Below are positions 30,422 to 41,443 of a stretch of DNA of 64,000 nucleotides, one piece after another. The first letter of the stretch is position 1. The number at the start of each line of letters is the position of its first letter. This stretch comes from Myxococcales bacterium (lineage in GTDB: Bacteria; Myxococcota_A; UBA9160; UBA4427): NCBI GenBank assembly GCA_022563535.1, contig JADFNE010000015.1:1305-65304 (forward strand). The letters are read 5' to 3'. Made by a program: the position numbers and the translations under genes. Under the pieces are notes generated by a model. The model saw only the letters and a list, made by a program, of their open reading frames with translations, did not search any database and was not told the DNA's origin.

Positions 30422-31570
30422 TCAACCCAGGCCCAAGCGCTTGGCAATGATCACCTTCATGATCTCGTTGCTGCCCGCGTAGATCGACTGCACGGCAGCA
30501 TCGCGATAGTCGCCGGCGATCGGATACTCCTCCATGAATCCATAGCCTCCGAAAAACTGCAGGCACTCACTCGATACCTTCTTCTGCAGATCCGTCAGCC
30601 AGTACTTGGCCATGCTGACTTCCGACACGAGATCATCTCCGCGCACGTGGGCGACCAGCAGCTTGTCGACAAAGGCCTGGCCCATTTCGATCTCGGCCGC
30701 CATCTCGGCCATCTTGAACTGGGTGTTCTGGAACGATCCAATGGGTTGTCCAAAGGCCCGACGCTCCTTCACATACGCCAGGGTGTCGTCAAAACTGCGC
30801 CGGCACGAAGCGACGGCGCCGACCGCAATGCAGAGCCGCTCTTGTTGCAGCTTCTCCATCAACATCTTGAAGCCTTGTCCCGGCTGTCCGAGCAGGTTTT
30901 CTACTGGTACTCGGCAGTCTTTGAAGAAGAGTTCGCTGGTGTCCTGCCCCTTCAGGCCGAGCTTCTCCAGGTTGCGTCCGCGCTCGAAGCCAGGCGTCGA
31001 TGACTCGACCAGCAGCAGGCTGATTCCCCGGTGCGGTGGATCCGCGTCCGGCTCGGTCTTGACCACGACAATCACCAGATCTGCGAGTTGGCCATTGGAG
31101 ATGAAGGTCTTGGCACCGTTGACCACGTAGTGATCGCCATCGAGGATGGCCCGGGTCTGGATGTTGGCGAGGTCGGATCCGGCCCCCGGCTCGGTCATCG
31201 CAATGGCGAGAATGATGTCGCCCGCGATTGCCCCGGTGAGAAATTTCTCCTTCTGCTCCTGGCTGCCAAAGGTCGTGAGATACGGCATGCAGATATCGGT
31301 GTGGAGCATCAGCATCAAGCCGTGCGCCCGGGCGTAGGCCATCTCTTCCATGATGATCGCGTTGAACAAGAAGTCGCCGCCCGAACCTCCGAACTCTTCC
31401 GGAGCATTGGCGCCGAGGTAACCCTCAGCACCGCAACGTTTCCAACTCTCGCGGTCGCTGATCCCCGCGCGGTTCCAGCCTTTGATCTTCGGTTCGATCT
31501 CGTTTGCGACAAAACGGCGGAACTGCTCCCGAAGCATTTCGTGTTCGTCGCTGAAGATGTCTCTCTGCAT
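30422..31570 (-). CDS. Acyl-CoA dehydrogenase
   Basis: 382 aa after trimming 32107 to the verified ATG at 31568-31570 (MQRDIFSDEHEMLREQFRRF). ACAD motifs AMTEPGAGSDL, GAKTFISNG and YAGSNEIM with the C-terminal catalytic Glu region. Confidence 0.9.
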   Translation of the reverse strand: MQRDIFSDEHEMLREQFRRFVANEIEPKIKGWNRAGISDRESWKRCGAEGYLGANAPEEFGGSGGDFLFNAIIMEEMAYARAHGLMLMLHTDICMPYLTTFGSQEQKEKFLTGAIAGDIILAIAMTEPGAGSDLANIQTRAILDGDHYVVNGAKTFISNGQLADLVIVVVKTEPDADPPHRGISLLLVESSTPGFERGRNLEKLGLKGQDTSELFFKDCRVPVENLLGQPGQGFKMLMEKLQQERLCIAVGAVASCRRSFDDTLAYVKERRAFGQPIGSFQNTQFKMAEMAAEIEMGQAFVDKLLVAHVRGDDLVSEVSMAKYWLTDLQKKVSSECLQFFGGYGFMEEYPIAGDYRDAAVQSIYAGSNEIMKVIIAKRLGLG

Positions 31571-31610
31571 GTTCACTACCTGCCTTTCGTACAGATCGCG
31601 CAGTCCGATT

Positions 31611-33272
31611 TCAGGCGGGGGTTTGCAGCAGCGCCTGGGCGGCTCGTGCGCCGTCGATCGCCGCACTGAGAATTCCGCCCGCGTAGCCCGCACCCTCTCC
31701 AACAGGATAGAGGTTCGCGACGCCCCGGGCGCGAAAGGTGTCCGGATCGCGCGGAATCCGCAGAGGGGCAGAGCAGCGGGTTTCCACACCGACCATGATT
31801 CCCTCGTCGCCGGCAAAACCGGGAATCTGGCGATCGAACGCGTTGAGCGCCCGGCGCAGGGAGTCGCGCAGCGCTGCTGGGAGCAATTGGTCGATGCGGC
31901 CGGGTACCACGCCAAACTTGTAACTCGTCGGCCCGAGCGATCTGGTCTCTCGACCCGCCAGAAAATCGCTTGCCCGCTGAGCCGGTGCGCGGTAGTCGCC
32001 GCCGCCGTGATCAAAAAACTTTGCTTCGAGTTCGCGCTGATAATCGACGCCGGCGAAGACCCCGTCGCCAAATTCCGCGGGGCCCACAGCCGTGACGATC
32101 GCCGCATTTGCCCAGGGCGAGGAATGGCGCGAATTGCTCATACCATTGGTACAGAGCAGTCCCGGAGTATTGACACTCGCGACAATCTGCCCGCCGGGAC
32201 ACATGCAGAAGGAATAACCCCCGGCAGTCGCAGCGTTTCCACGGCACACGAGCCCGTAGTAGGACGCGCCGAGCGCCGCGGCCTCGGGTCCCTCCCCGTA
32301 GCGCCCCGAATCGATCAACGACTGGGGGTGTTCGATGCGAACCCCCAGTTGTGTGGCCCGCGCCTCGATCTCGATGTTCTGCTCGAGCAGCCGACTCCAG
32401 GTGTCTCGAGCACTGTGTCCCACCGCCAGCACGACCGCTTCACACGGAATCTCACCGCTGCTGGTCTTCAGGCTGCAGACCCGGCGTCTGCCGTTCCCTT
32501 CTCGTTCCTCGCTGCGAAAGCCGAATCCTTCGAACCGGGTGTGCCAATGAAACTCCACTCCGGCGTCGATCAATCGTTCGCGCAGAGCCGGCAAGACCGT
32601 GTGCAGCCGATCAGTTCCGATGTGCGCCCGGGAGTCGTAGACAATCTCCGGGGGTGCACCACAGCGGACCAGGGTTTCGAGAATGGGAAGCGAGAGCGGA
32701 TGATCCACCCGAGTGTAGAGCTTGCCATCGGAGTAGGTTCCCGCGCCCCCCTCCCCGAACAGAAGGTTGTTCTCCGGGTCTGGAATTCGCCGATTGAGAA
32801 AGGCCGCGAGCGCTCGACCTCGATTGAGTAGCGGCCCGCCCCGCTCGACCAGATCGACGCGACAACCGCTCTCGGCCAGTACCAGGGCGGCAAACAAACC
32901 CGCGGGCCCCGAACCCACGACCGATACGCGTCCCGGGCTCACTGCTTGAACACTGCGGGGGAGGACCAGTTCTTGTGGCGGCGGCAGGGGCTTGATGCGA
33001 CCCGAGCGCAATGCCCGTTCAAAAATTTCACCAGCGGGAGCGGGGTCGAGCACGAGGTCTGCGTGAATCACGAAGCGAAATCGCCGACCTCCCCCCGCAG
33101 TTCTCCGCGCGTCGAGGGATTTGCGCGCAATGCGAAATGAACGCAGTTGCTCGGGCTCGATTCCCGCTGCCTCGCAGGCACGCTCGCGCAATCGTTCCTC
33201 AGATTCATCCAGGTCGAGGGTGAGATTCGTCACGCGAAACGCCGTGCCGGTTGCCGATGCAAAATTGTCCAC
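31611..33272 (-). CDS. FAD-dependent oxidoreductase, COG2509-like
   Basis: 553 aa. VSVVGSGPAGLFAALVLAESG FAD motif, GEGGAGTYSDGKLYTR, CMCPGG. The ORF-track start is GTG; the real start may be a few codons downstream (near VTNLTLDLDE). Confidence 0.7.
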   Translation of the reverse strand: MDNFASATGTAFRVTNLTLDLDESEERLRERACEAAGIEPEQLRSFRIARKSLDARRTAGGGRRFRFVIHADLVLDPAPAGEIFERALRSGRIKPLPPPQELVLPRSVQAVSPGRVSVVGSGPAGLFAALVLAESGCRVDLVERGGPLLNRGRALAAFLNRRIPDPENNLLFGEGGAGTYSDGKLYTRVDHPLSLPILETLVRCGAPPEIVYDSRAHIGTDRLHTVLPALRERLIDAGVEFHWHTRFEGFGFRSEEREGNGRRRVCSLKTSSGEIPCEAVVLAVGHSARDTWSRLLEQNIEIEARATQLGVRIEHPQSLIDSGRYGEGPEAAALGASYYGLVCRGNAATAGGYSFCMCPGGQIVASVNTPGLLCTNGMSNSRHSSPWANAAIVTAVGPAEFGDGVFAGVDYQRELEAKFFDHGGGDYRAPAQRASDFLAGRETRSLGPTSYKFGVVPGRIDQLLPAALRDSLRRALNAFDRQIPGFAGDEGIMVGVETRCSAPLRIPRDPDTFRARGVANLYPVGEGAGYAGGILSAAIDGARAAQALLQTPA

Positions 33273-33374
33273 CGGGGGAGGCTATCACCCGTTCGGTCCG
33301 TGAAAAGCTCCCGGGCCCGACCTCAAGGCCGGCTACCGGTGTACCGAAAATGAGAATACTGCGGAGGCGAGCGC

Positions 33375-34103
33375 ATGCGGCGTGAAAGGTCGATCCTGGT
33401 TCTCGGTGCCCACAGCGCCCATATGGGGGCACTTACCGATCGAATTCGGGCGCTCGGATACGAGAGTATCCGCGTCAAGACCCCGAATGAGGCGATCGAG
33501 ATCGCGATCGAGCGCAACCTCGAGTACGGCGTGGGGCTGTTCGAACCCCAAGGGCTCGCGTTCAACTTGATCGAAGCCCTCGAGTCGATCCGCTGCCGCT
33601 CGAACTCTTTGGACATGCGCTACATCGCCACCGGAGAAGAACCCGACGACGAAGAGTGCACCAAGCTGCGGGACGCGGGCATAAGCGTCGCCCTCTGGGC
33701 TCCGGTGGAAGACCACGCGCTGCGCTTTCAGCTCAATGCTTCGATGTCTCGAAACCACGAAGAGTTTCTGCGCAGCGAAGCCCGCGCTCCGATCGATGTG
33801 AGCGCTACCGTGAAAGCCGGGGGTCGACGCAAGCAGGTATCGGTCTATTCCCTGTCCGCAGGCGGAGCGTTCCTGGAAACTGCCCGCCCCTCGATGGCGG
33901 GGGTCGATCTCGAAGTAACGCTGCTATCTCCCGATGGCGAACTCTCGCTTGACGCACACGTGCTGTACACGAATGTCCCTGGCAATCTCTCCCAGCCGAC
34001 CCTGCCCCTGGGCATGGGAGTGCGGTTCGAGAATCTGGGGCGCTCGGCCCTGGACGCGATTCGGCAAATAGTGGAATTCAATAGCGTGGCGCTCTCGATC
34101 TGA
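33375..34103 (+). CDS. PilZ domain protein with N-terminal pseudo-receiver
   Basis: ATG 33375 has GGAGG 7 nt upstream. The C-terminal PilZ signatures are RxxxR (RSEAR) and [DNS]xSxxG (SLSAGG). The N-terminal half is CheY-like in pattern (ILVLGAHS..) but lacks the acidic phospho-acceptor residues. Confidence 0.7.
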   Translation: MRRERSILVLGAHSAHMGALTDRIRALGYESIRVKTPNEAIEIAIERNLEYGVGLFEPQGLAFNLIEALESIRCRSNSLDMRYIATGEEPDDEECTKLRDAGISVALWAPVEDHALRFQLNASMSRNHEEFLRSEARAPIDVSATVKAGGRRKQVSVYSLSAGGAFLETARPSMAGVDLEVTLLSPDGELSLDAHVLYTNVPGNLSQPTLPLGMGVRFENLGRSALDAIRQIVEFNSVALSI

Positions 34104-34271
34104 CGAGCGGCCTTCCGGGGGCACCCCGGTGCCATTTCGGCTACACGCAAGAGCGTCGAACTGCAAATACACTGCAACCCTTCCCTTGCGTGCTCGAGCC
34201 TTCAGTCGCCTCGCAAATTGGCCGATGCACTAGCCGAAGGGTCCATTGCGACCCCAACACGAGGTTCTTCC

Positions 34272-35276
34272 TTGTCTCTACGCATCATTCTCGTTCTGGG
34301 AACTCTGGTTTTGGCGGGTCCGGCCGGTTCTGCCGCAGCCGAAAGCGATGGCGCCGGCACAGCCGATGTGACCCTCGCGAGTCCGGCTTCCGCTGAAGAT
34401 TCCGAAGCAGTGGTCGAGGCGGAGGTCGAAGTCGCAGCAGAGGTCGAGGCCAAAGTCGAGGTCGTAGAAGCGGATCGCGTGCCGGATACAACCCCCGAAG
34501 TACCGGGGTCCATGACCGAAAGCGAAGCAGCCAAACCCGAAGCAAAGCCCACGGTCTGGGTGCCGACGGAGGTCGGGAAGCGCTGGACCTACGTCTACGT
34601 CCGCGAACGAACTCGCGACAATGGCGACGGTGAGCCGGTCGTCGAAACGCTGCGCGGCACCCGTATTGACGAAATCACCGCACTGGCACCCGAGTTCGGC
34701 AAGAACGTGGTGCGCGTGCAGTCCAATCTCGAGGGGCGACAGGCTGCGGGTGCAGCCCCATCGACTGAAGAACGGGTGGGCTTCCTCCGCTATACGGGGA
34801 CGAGCTACCAACTGGTCGCCGAGCAGACCACCGATCCTGCCTCGGGGATTGTGTCACTCGTGCAATACGACGTGCCACTCTCGCTACTCGAATCGGGGGC
34901 CCAGCCCGGCCAGCGCTGGAAGGTCGGCGTCCGCAGCCAGGGCGGTCTCCACACCGATCTCGAGGGAGAGGTGCTCGGCGCGCAAGACGTGCAAACTCCT
35001 CTTGGTCTTTTCGAGCATTGCCTTGTGATTCGTTTGACCGGTCAGATTTCGGGCATTGTCGAAGCCTATGGCAGCCGCATGGAAGTTCCCTCCGGTGACT
35101 TCACCCTCACCGAGTGGTACGCGCCGGGTGTGGGGCTGGTTCTCGCCAAGGAACAGCGCACTCAGACCCTCGTGTTCGAAGACGGAACCCGTGTCGAGTA
35201 CAGCGAGCGCACTCAATTCGCATTACGCTCTACCGACTCGGCGCTGGCCGCAGTTCCGGCCGCCGACGACAACTAG
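34272..35276 (+). CDS. Secreted hypothetical protein with acidic Glu/Val/Ala repeat
   Basis: Signal peptide SLRIILVLGTLVLAGPAGSAAA, then an acidic low-complexity stretch (AEVEVAAEVEAKVEVVEAD), then a roughly 240-aa beta-rich domain of unknown family. There is no ATG near the 5' end. TTG 34272 (ACGAGG upstream) is preferred over the ORF-track TTG 34218. Confidence 0.5.
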   Translation: MSLRIILVLGTLVLAGPAGSAAAESDGAGTADVTLASPASAEDSEAVVEAEVEVAAEVEAKVEVVEADRVPDTTPEVPGSMTESEAAKPEAKPTVWVPTEVGKRWTYVYVRERTRDNGDGEPVVETLRGTRIDEITALAPEFGKNVVRVQSNLEGRQAAGAAPSTEERVGFLRYTGTSYQLVAEQTTDPASGIVSLVQYDVPLSLLESGAQPGQRWKVGVRSQGGLHTDLEGEVLGAQDVQTPLGLFEHCLVIRLTGQISGIVEAYGSRMEVPSGDFTLTEWYAPGVGLVLAKEQRTQTLVFEDGTRVEYSERTQFALRSTDSALAAVPAADDN

Positions 35277-35347
35277 AGCCGTCCCGATTCCCTGACCCGA
35301 ACGGGGCCGATGGGTTGCTCCAGGGAAGATTCGCCGTGGAACCATCC

Positions 35348-37090
35348 ATGATCAACTCCCAACTCGGGCCCATTGCCCGGGCCCGTGCCCTCGACCGAAT
35401 GGAACGCGAGACCTTCGACATCGCGATCATCGGCGGGGGCGTGACCGGAGCGGGTACCGCACTCGACGCCGCCAGCCGCGGACTCACGGTGGCCCTGGTC
35501 GAGCAACGAGACTGGGCGGCGGGGACGTCGAGTCGATCGAGCAAACTCATTCACGGCGGAATCCGCTACCTCGAACAATTGGAATTTGGTCTGGTGCGCG
35601 AAGCACTGCGCGAACAGAGCCTGTTGATCAATACGATCTGTCCTCACCTCGTACACCCCGTTCGCTTTCTGATGCCATTCAAAAGACGTTTCATCGATCG
35701 AGCTTATATAGGTGCAGGGGTCCTGCTCTACGATTCCTTGCCCGGTAGCCGCAGCCTCCAACGCCATCGACACTGGACCCGGCGCGGCGCCCTCGCACGC
35801 TTTCCCGGACTCAAACGCAGCGCGCTGGTCGGCGCGATCGAATTCTCGGATGCCCAGGTCGACGACGCTCGACACACCCTCGCCCTGGTGAGAACCGCGG
35901 CAGGGCACGGGGCCGCGGTCGCGAGCAGTGCAAGCGTGACCGATCTGCTCGAAACCGGCAGTCGAGTCACCAGTGCTGTGGTCAAATGTCTCGAGAGTGG
36001 CCGAAGCATCGAACTGCGCGCCCGACAGTTCATCAATGCCACGGGCGTCTGGACGGACGAGGTCCAGTCCATGACGGGCAGGGGTCGCATCAAGGTTCGC
36101 GCATCGAAAGGCATTCACATCGTGGTTCCCCGGGATCGAATCCACGGCGACTGTGGCCTGGTGTTGCGCACCAAGTCGAGTGTGCTGTTCGTCATTCCGT
36201 GGAAGCACCACTGGATCATTGGAACGACAGACAGCGACTGGAACCTCGACCTCGCTCACCCGGCCGCGAGTCGTAGTGACATCGACTACCTGCTCGACAC
36301 CCTGAACGAGGTGCTCGCCGTCCCCCTGCGCCACGAAGACATCGAGGGTGTGTATGCCGGCCTGCGTCCCTTGCTCCACGGAGAGAGCGATGCCACGAGC
36401 CAGCTGAGCCGGACCCACGCGGTCTCGCAGTCGGTATCGGGGCTGATCACCGTCGCTGGGGGCAAGTATACGACTTACCGCGTGATGGCCGAAGATGCGG
36501 TCGATCTCGCGGCGTTCAGTTTCGAGAGAAAGATTCCGGCGAGTTGTACCGCGTCGATTCCGCTGGTGGGGAGCGACGAGGGATATCCGGCGGTCTGGAA
36601 TCGCCGAGAAACCATCGCGCGCGAAAGCGGCCTGCACTTGCAGCAAATCGAACACTTGCTGAGCCGCTACGGCACCCGCATCTTCGACCTGCTCGCCATG
36701 ATTTCCGAAACGCCGGAGCTTGCGGACTCGATTCCCGGGACCAAGACCTATCTCTGCGTCGAAGCCGCCTATGCTGCTTCCCACGAAGGAGCCCTGCACC
36801 TCGACGATGTTCTCACCCGGCGCACGCGCATCTCGATCGAAACCTTTGATCGGGGGACACAGGCGGCCGAACGGGTGGCCGAGGTCATGGGGAAGATTCT
36901 GGGTTGGGACCGCGACAGGTGCAGTCGAGAAGTTCGACACTATCTGCTGCGGGTTCAGGCCGAGCGCGATTCCCAGGAACAACCGGACGATCTCAGTGCC
37001 GACGCGGCGCGACTCGGAGCCCCGGACCTCCGCGTCTCCGGATCAGAGACTCCCGTCAGCACAATTCGTCTCGTTGAAGATGCCAAGTGA
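35348..37090 (+). CDS. glpD: FAD-dependent glycerol-3-phosphate dehydrogenase
   Basis: DIAIIGGGVTGAGTALDAASRG and GTSSRSSKLIHGGIRYLEQ are diagnostic. Trimmed from 35114 to the verified ATG at 35348 (MINSQLGPIARA). Confidence 0.85.
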   Translation: MINSQLGPIARARALDRMERETFDIAIIGGGVTGAGTALDAASRGLTVALVEQRDWAAGTSSRSSKLIHGGIRYLEQLEFGLVREALREQSLLINTICPHLVHPVRFLMPFKRRFIDRAYIGAGVLLYDSLPGSRSLQRHRHWTRRGALARFPGLKRSALVGAIEFSDAQVDDARHTLALVRTAAGHGAAVASSASVTDLLETGSRVTSAVVKCLESGRSIELRARQFINATGVWTDEVQSMTGRGRIKVRASKGIHIVVPRDRIHGDCGLVLRTKSSVLFVIPWKHHWIIGTTDSDWNLDLAHPAASRSDIDYLLDTLNEVLAVPLRHEDIEGVYAGLRPLLHGESDATSQLSRTHAVSQSVSGLITVAGGKYTTYRVMAEDAVDLAAFSFERKIPASCTASIPLVGSDEGYPAVWNRRETIARESGLHLQQIEHLLSRYGTRIFDLLAMISETPELADSIPGTKTYLCVEAAYAASHEGALHLDDVLTRRTRISIETFDRGTQAAERVAEVMGKILGWDRDRCSREVRHYLLRVQAERDSQEQPDDLSADAARLGAPDLRVSGSETPVSTIRLVEDAK

Positions 37091-37152
37091 CCAGGGTGCG
37101 GGAAGCGCGGGGACCCTGTCTTCCACGTCGTCAGTAGCTCGCGAATTCAAGC

Positions 37153-38355
37153 TCAAAGCGTGTAGAGCGCAAAGGTGGCCAGCAATACGCAGAAGGCCAG
37201 AAGCTTGGGGCTTGTTCCCTTGCGATGAGAATGGAGACGGAACGGGACATACTCTGTCATTGGGACGGGCGCCCGATTCGCCACGCAGCGCATCGATTCC
37301 ATCGGAGCAAATATCTGATTCGCTCCACTTGCCCCATGCGTGGACTCCGCAAGTTCGAGGCTCGGGACTGCGGCGATGTTCTCCGCCTTCAGGGGGTGTG
37401 TCTCACCCACGGCTCTCTGCACCGATCTCCGCTCGGCTTTCCGGAGCTTCGGACGGGTTTCGGGGATCAATCCGCCCGCCAATCCATCGCTCGATCCATC
37501 ACCCAGGCCATCGCGCAGTACCGCCCCGGCCGACGACGTCGAGAGAGGTTCGGCAGCTTCACTCTCCTCGGTCGTTCCCACGAACTCGAGCACGAACGCG
37601 GCGTCGATCAGGGTTAGACCGCGATCTGCAGCGTGTTCGAGAATGCCCATACAAGCCGCGCTGAGTCGACGCGGATTGCCCAGACTGAGCCGGTGCAGAG
37701 CCTGGGCACCGCTCTCGGAAAATAGTGGTTCACTGGTCCAGCCGACCTGTCGCAAGCGCTTGTCGATGTAGCGATGAATATCGGTTGCCGGAAGCGGCTC
37801 CATGACTTGATGAGCATCGATATCGAACCAGGCGCGCAGAGGCCGAATTTCGTCGAGGGGTACGCCGCCGAAGTCCGCAAACAAAATGACTTGTACAACT
37901 GGCAGAGCGTCATCAGTGCGCAGCTGGGGCAGAATGCAGATTCGCTCGAGGAATTCCGGCGTAAGGAATTGGGCGTCGTCCACGATGATGAGCAATTTGC
38001 CGAACTTCGCACGTGCGTCTGCGAGTCCGTCCCGGGTAATACGGCCCTCGGCAATGCCAAATTCCCGGACCAGTACCCCGCGCAAGTCGTTCCAGCACTT
38101 TGCGTGCCCAGACATGGTCGCAATACGAAAGCGACTGCCGGTCAACTTTGACAACGCGCGCGCCACACTGGACTTGCCGATGCCGGGAGGCCCGCTCACA
38201 CACAAGATTTCGCTGCCTTGATCCAGTCTGCGGCACAGAAAATTGGCAGTCGTTCGCAGGGGCCCCGTCATCAGTACCGGGCCGCTGCTCTTGTTCACAG
38301 TAAATGCGGGCTTTCGCAGCCCGAAAAACGCTTCGACGAGGCTCGTCATCTTCAT
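37153..38355 (-). CDS. ExeA/MshM-like AAA ATPase, orphan copy with C-terminal membrane anchor
   Basis: The ExeA-type opening FFGLRKPAF, Walker A GPPGIGKSS and Walker B LLIIVDDAQ. The C-terminal third is acidic/Gly-rich low complexity ending in a hydrophobic tail, LLAFCVLLATFALYTL. Start taken at ATG 38355. Confidence 0.65.
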   Translation of the reverse strand: MKMTSLVEAFFGLRKPAFTVNKSSGPVLMTGPLRTTANFLCRRLDQGSEILCVSGPPGIGKSSVARALSKLTGSRFRIATMSGHAKCWNDLRGVLVREFGIAEGRITRDGLADARAKFGKLLIIVDDAQFLTPEFLERICILPQLRTDDALPVVQVILFADFGGVPLDEIRPLRAWFDIDAHQVMEPLPATDIHRYIDKRLRQVGWTSEPLFSESGAQALHRLSLGNPRRLSAACMGILEHAADRGLTLIDAAFVLEFVGTTEESEAAEPLSTSSAGAVLRDGLGDGSSDGLAGGLIPETRPKLRKAERRSVQRAVGETHPLKAENIAAVPSLELAESTHGASGANQIFAPMESMRCVANRAPVPMTEYVPFRLHSHRKGTSPKLLAFCVLLATFALYTL

Positions 38356-38705
38356 CTCCAGCCCCGGATCGGATCTCTCTCCGGGGAACCGCCAAATCAG
38401 CTTCCAAATGGTTCTAGTGCGCTGTTTTGTCTTCAATCTGTGCAATATGGGTGCCAAACACTACATATCTCGTAAGTCGCTGATAACACAGGGGGTAATA
38501 GGATCGTCGGGGAAATTTGCGGAATTCCTCAGATGCCGCGAATCGGAGATCGTGGGAAACCCACTTCATGCTGTGAAGTTTTCATCACAGACGAATCGCT
38601 CGATAGATCGATCCCCTGCGCGCAGATTGCACGTTACTTGTGAAGCTGCTGCTTATACAATGAATTGCCGGTAACGATGACTCCCTAACGACTGAGGAAA
38701 AATCC

Positions 38706-40380
<1,675 letters not shown>

Positions 40381-40416
40381 CGCCTTCCCTTCCTCTATTC
40401 TCAGCTCGGGGCCCTC

Positions 40417-41286
40417 TCAGCCCAGCATCTTCATCACGCTGTTGGCGTAGCCCTCGAGATACGCGCGCTTCTCGTCCAGCGTTGAAGTCGGGCCGACCGT
40501 GTAGGTGAAGGGATAGCTGACGGTGCCGTCTGCTCCCGCATCCTCGATTCGCTTCAGGTCGTCGGGGTTGGGTGGTGTCACGAGCGGCACGATCGTTTCG
40601 AAGGGTTCGTTTTCGCGCCCGTACTCTCTGCGATACGCCCGAAGTTTGCCGAGTATCTCCACCGCTTCGTCCGCGGTTTGCCCAGAGCCGAGCCAGCCGT
40701 CGCCAAGTCGCGCGGCACGGCGCAGGGCAATACCACTGATCCCCCCCACCCACACGGGTACGCGCTTTTGGGGAACGGGACAGATCAACAGCGGATCAAA
40801 ATTGAAGTGGTCACCGTGATGCTCCACCAGTTCACCGCTCCACAACTTGTGCAGAACCTCGATCGATTCGTCGAGCCGTTTGCCTCGGGTCTTGAACTCG
40901 ACTCCCATGGCTTCGAATTCTTCCCGCATCCAACCGGCGCCGACCCCGAGAGCAAAGCGGTTGTCGGTCATCAAACCGAGGGTGGAAGTCGACTTCGCCA
41001 CCTCGATCGGGTTTCGCAGACCGAGAAGGTAGATGAAGGTCGTAAAACGCAGCTTGGTCGTCACGGCCGCCATCGAGGCGATGCTGACCCAGCTATCGGG
41101 CCAGGGGGTCTCCGCGGTAAACCCGGGGTCGCCGTCCTCGGAGTATGGGTACTTCTTCTCGAAGTCTTTCGGATAGAACATATGATCCGATACGAAGGCG
41201 CCGTCAAAACCGAGTTCGTCGCAGATCCTGGCGATCCCTATCAACTGATCGGGTTCTGAATACGCAAGGGATTGCCAGAACTTCAT
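40417..41286 (-). CDS. LLM-class (luciferase-like) flavin/F420-dependent oxidoreductase
   Basis: 289 aa. The luciferase-like TIM-barrel pattern (LGFDGAFVSDH, GLRNPIEVAKSTSTL, GVGAGWMREEFEAMG, RLGDGW) resembles the families annotated as F420-dependent LLM oxidoreductases. Confidence 0.65.
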   Translation of the reverse strand: MKFWQSLAYSEPDQLIGIARICDELGFDGAFVSDHMFYPKDFEKKYPYSEDGDPGFTAETPWPDSWVSIASMAAVTTKLRFTTFIYLLGLRNPIEVAKSTSTLGLMTDNRFALGVGAGWMREEFEAMGVEFKTRGKRLDESIEVLHKLWSGELVEHHGDHFNFDPLLICPVPQKRVPVWVGGISGIALRRAARLGDGWLGSGQTADEAVEILGKLRAYRREYGRENEPFETIVPLVTPPNPDDLKRIEDAGADGTVSYPFTYTVGPTSTLDEKRAYLEGYANSVMKMLG

Positions 41287-41443
41287 CGACTTGTCCTCTT
41301 GTAGGCCCTATCTGAACCGTTCGCTACCGTTGGACGGTAGACCACGAGAAAGTGGGGCGGCAACGGTTCCGTGATATTGTAGGAGGGTTCCAAACCTTTC
41401 CGATCACACGGAGCCGAGACTGACCGCCCAATCGACAACCCTC

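Noticed and set aside
37091-37152. Hairpin CAGGGT..ACCCTG between convergent glpD and the ExeA-like gene, and CCGGG-N5-CCCGG after the PilZ gene (34115-34129), as terminators.
   Set aside because: The stems are short (5-6 bp), with a large or irregular loop and no adjacent T-run. This is too weak to annotate.
38627-38641. Sigma-54 promoter candidate TTGCACG-TTAC-TTGT upstream of amtB.
   Set aside because: Both invariant dinucleotides are mutated (GG to TG at -24, GC to GT at -12). I consider it a chance resemblance unless a position weight matrix scan says otherwise.
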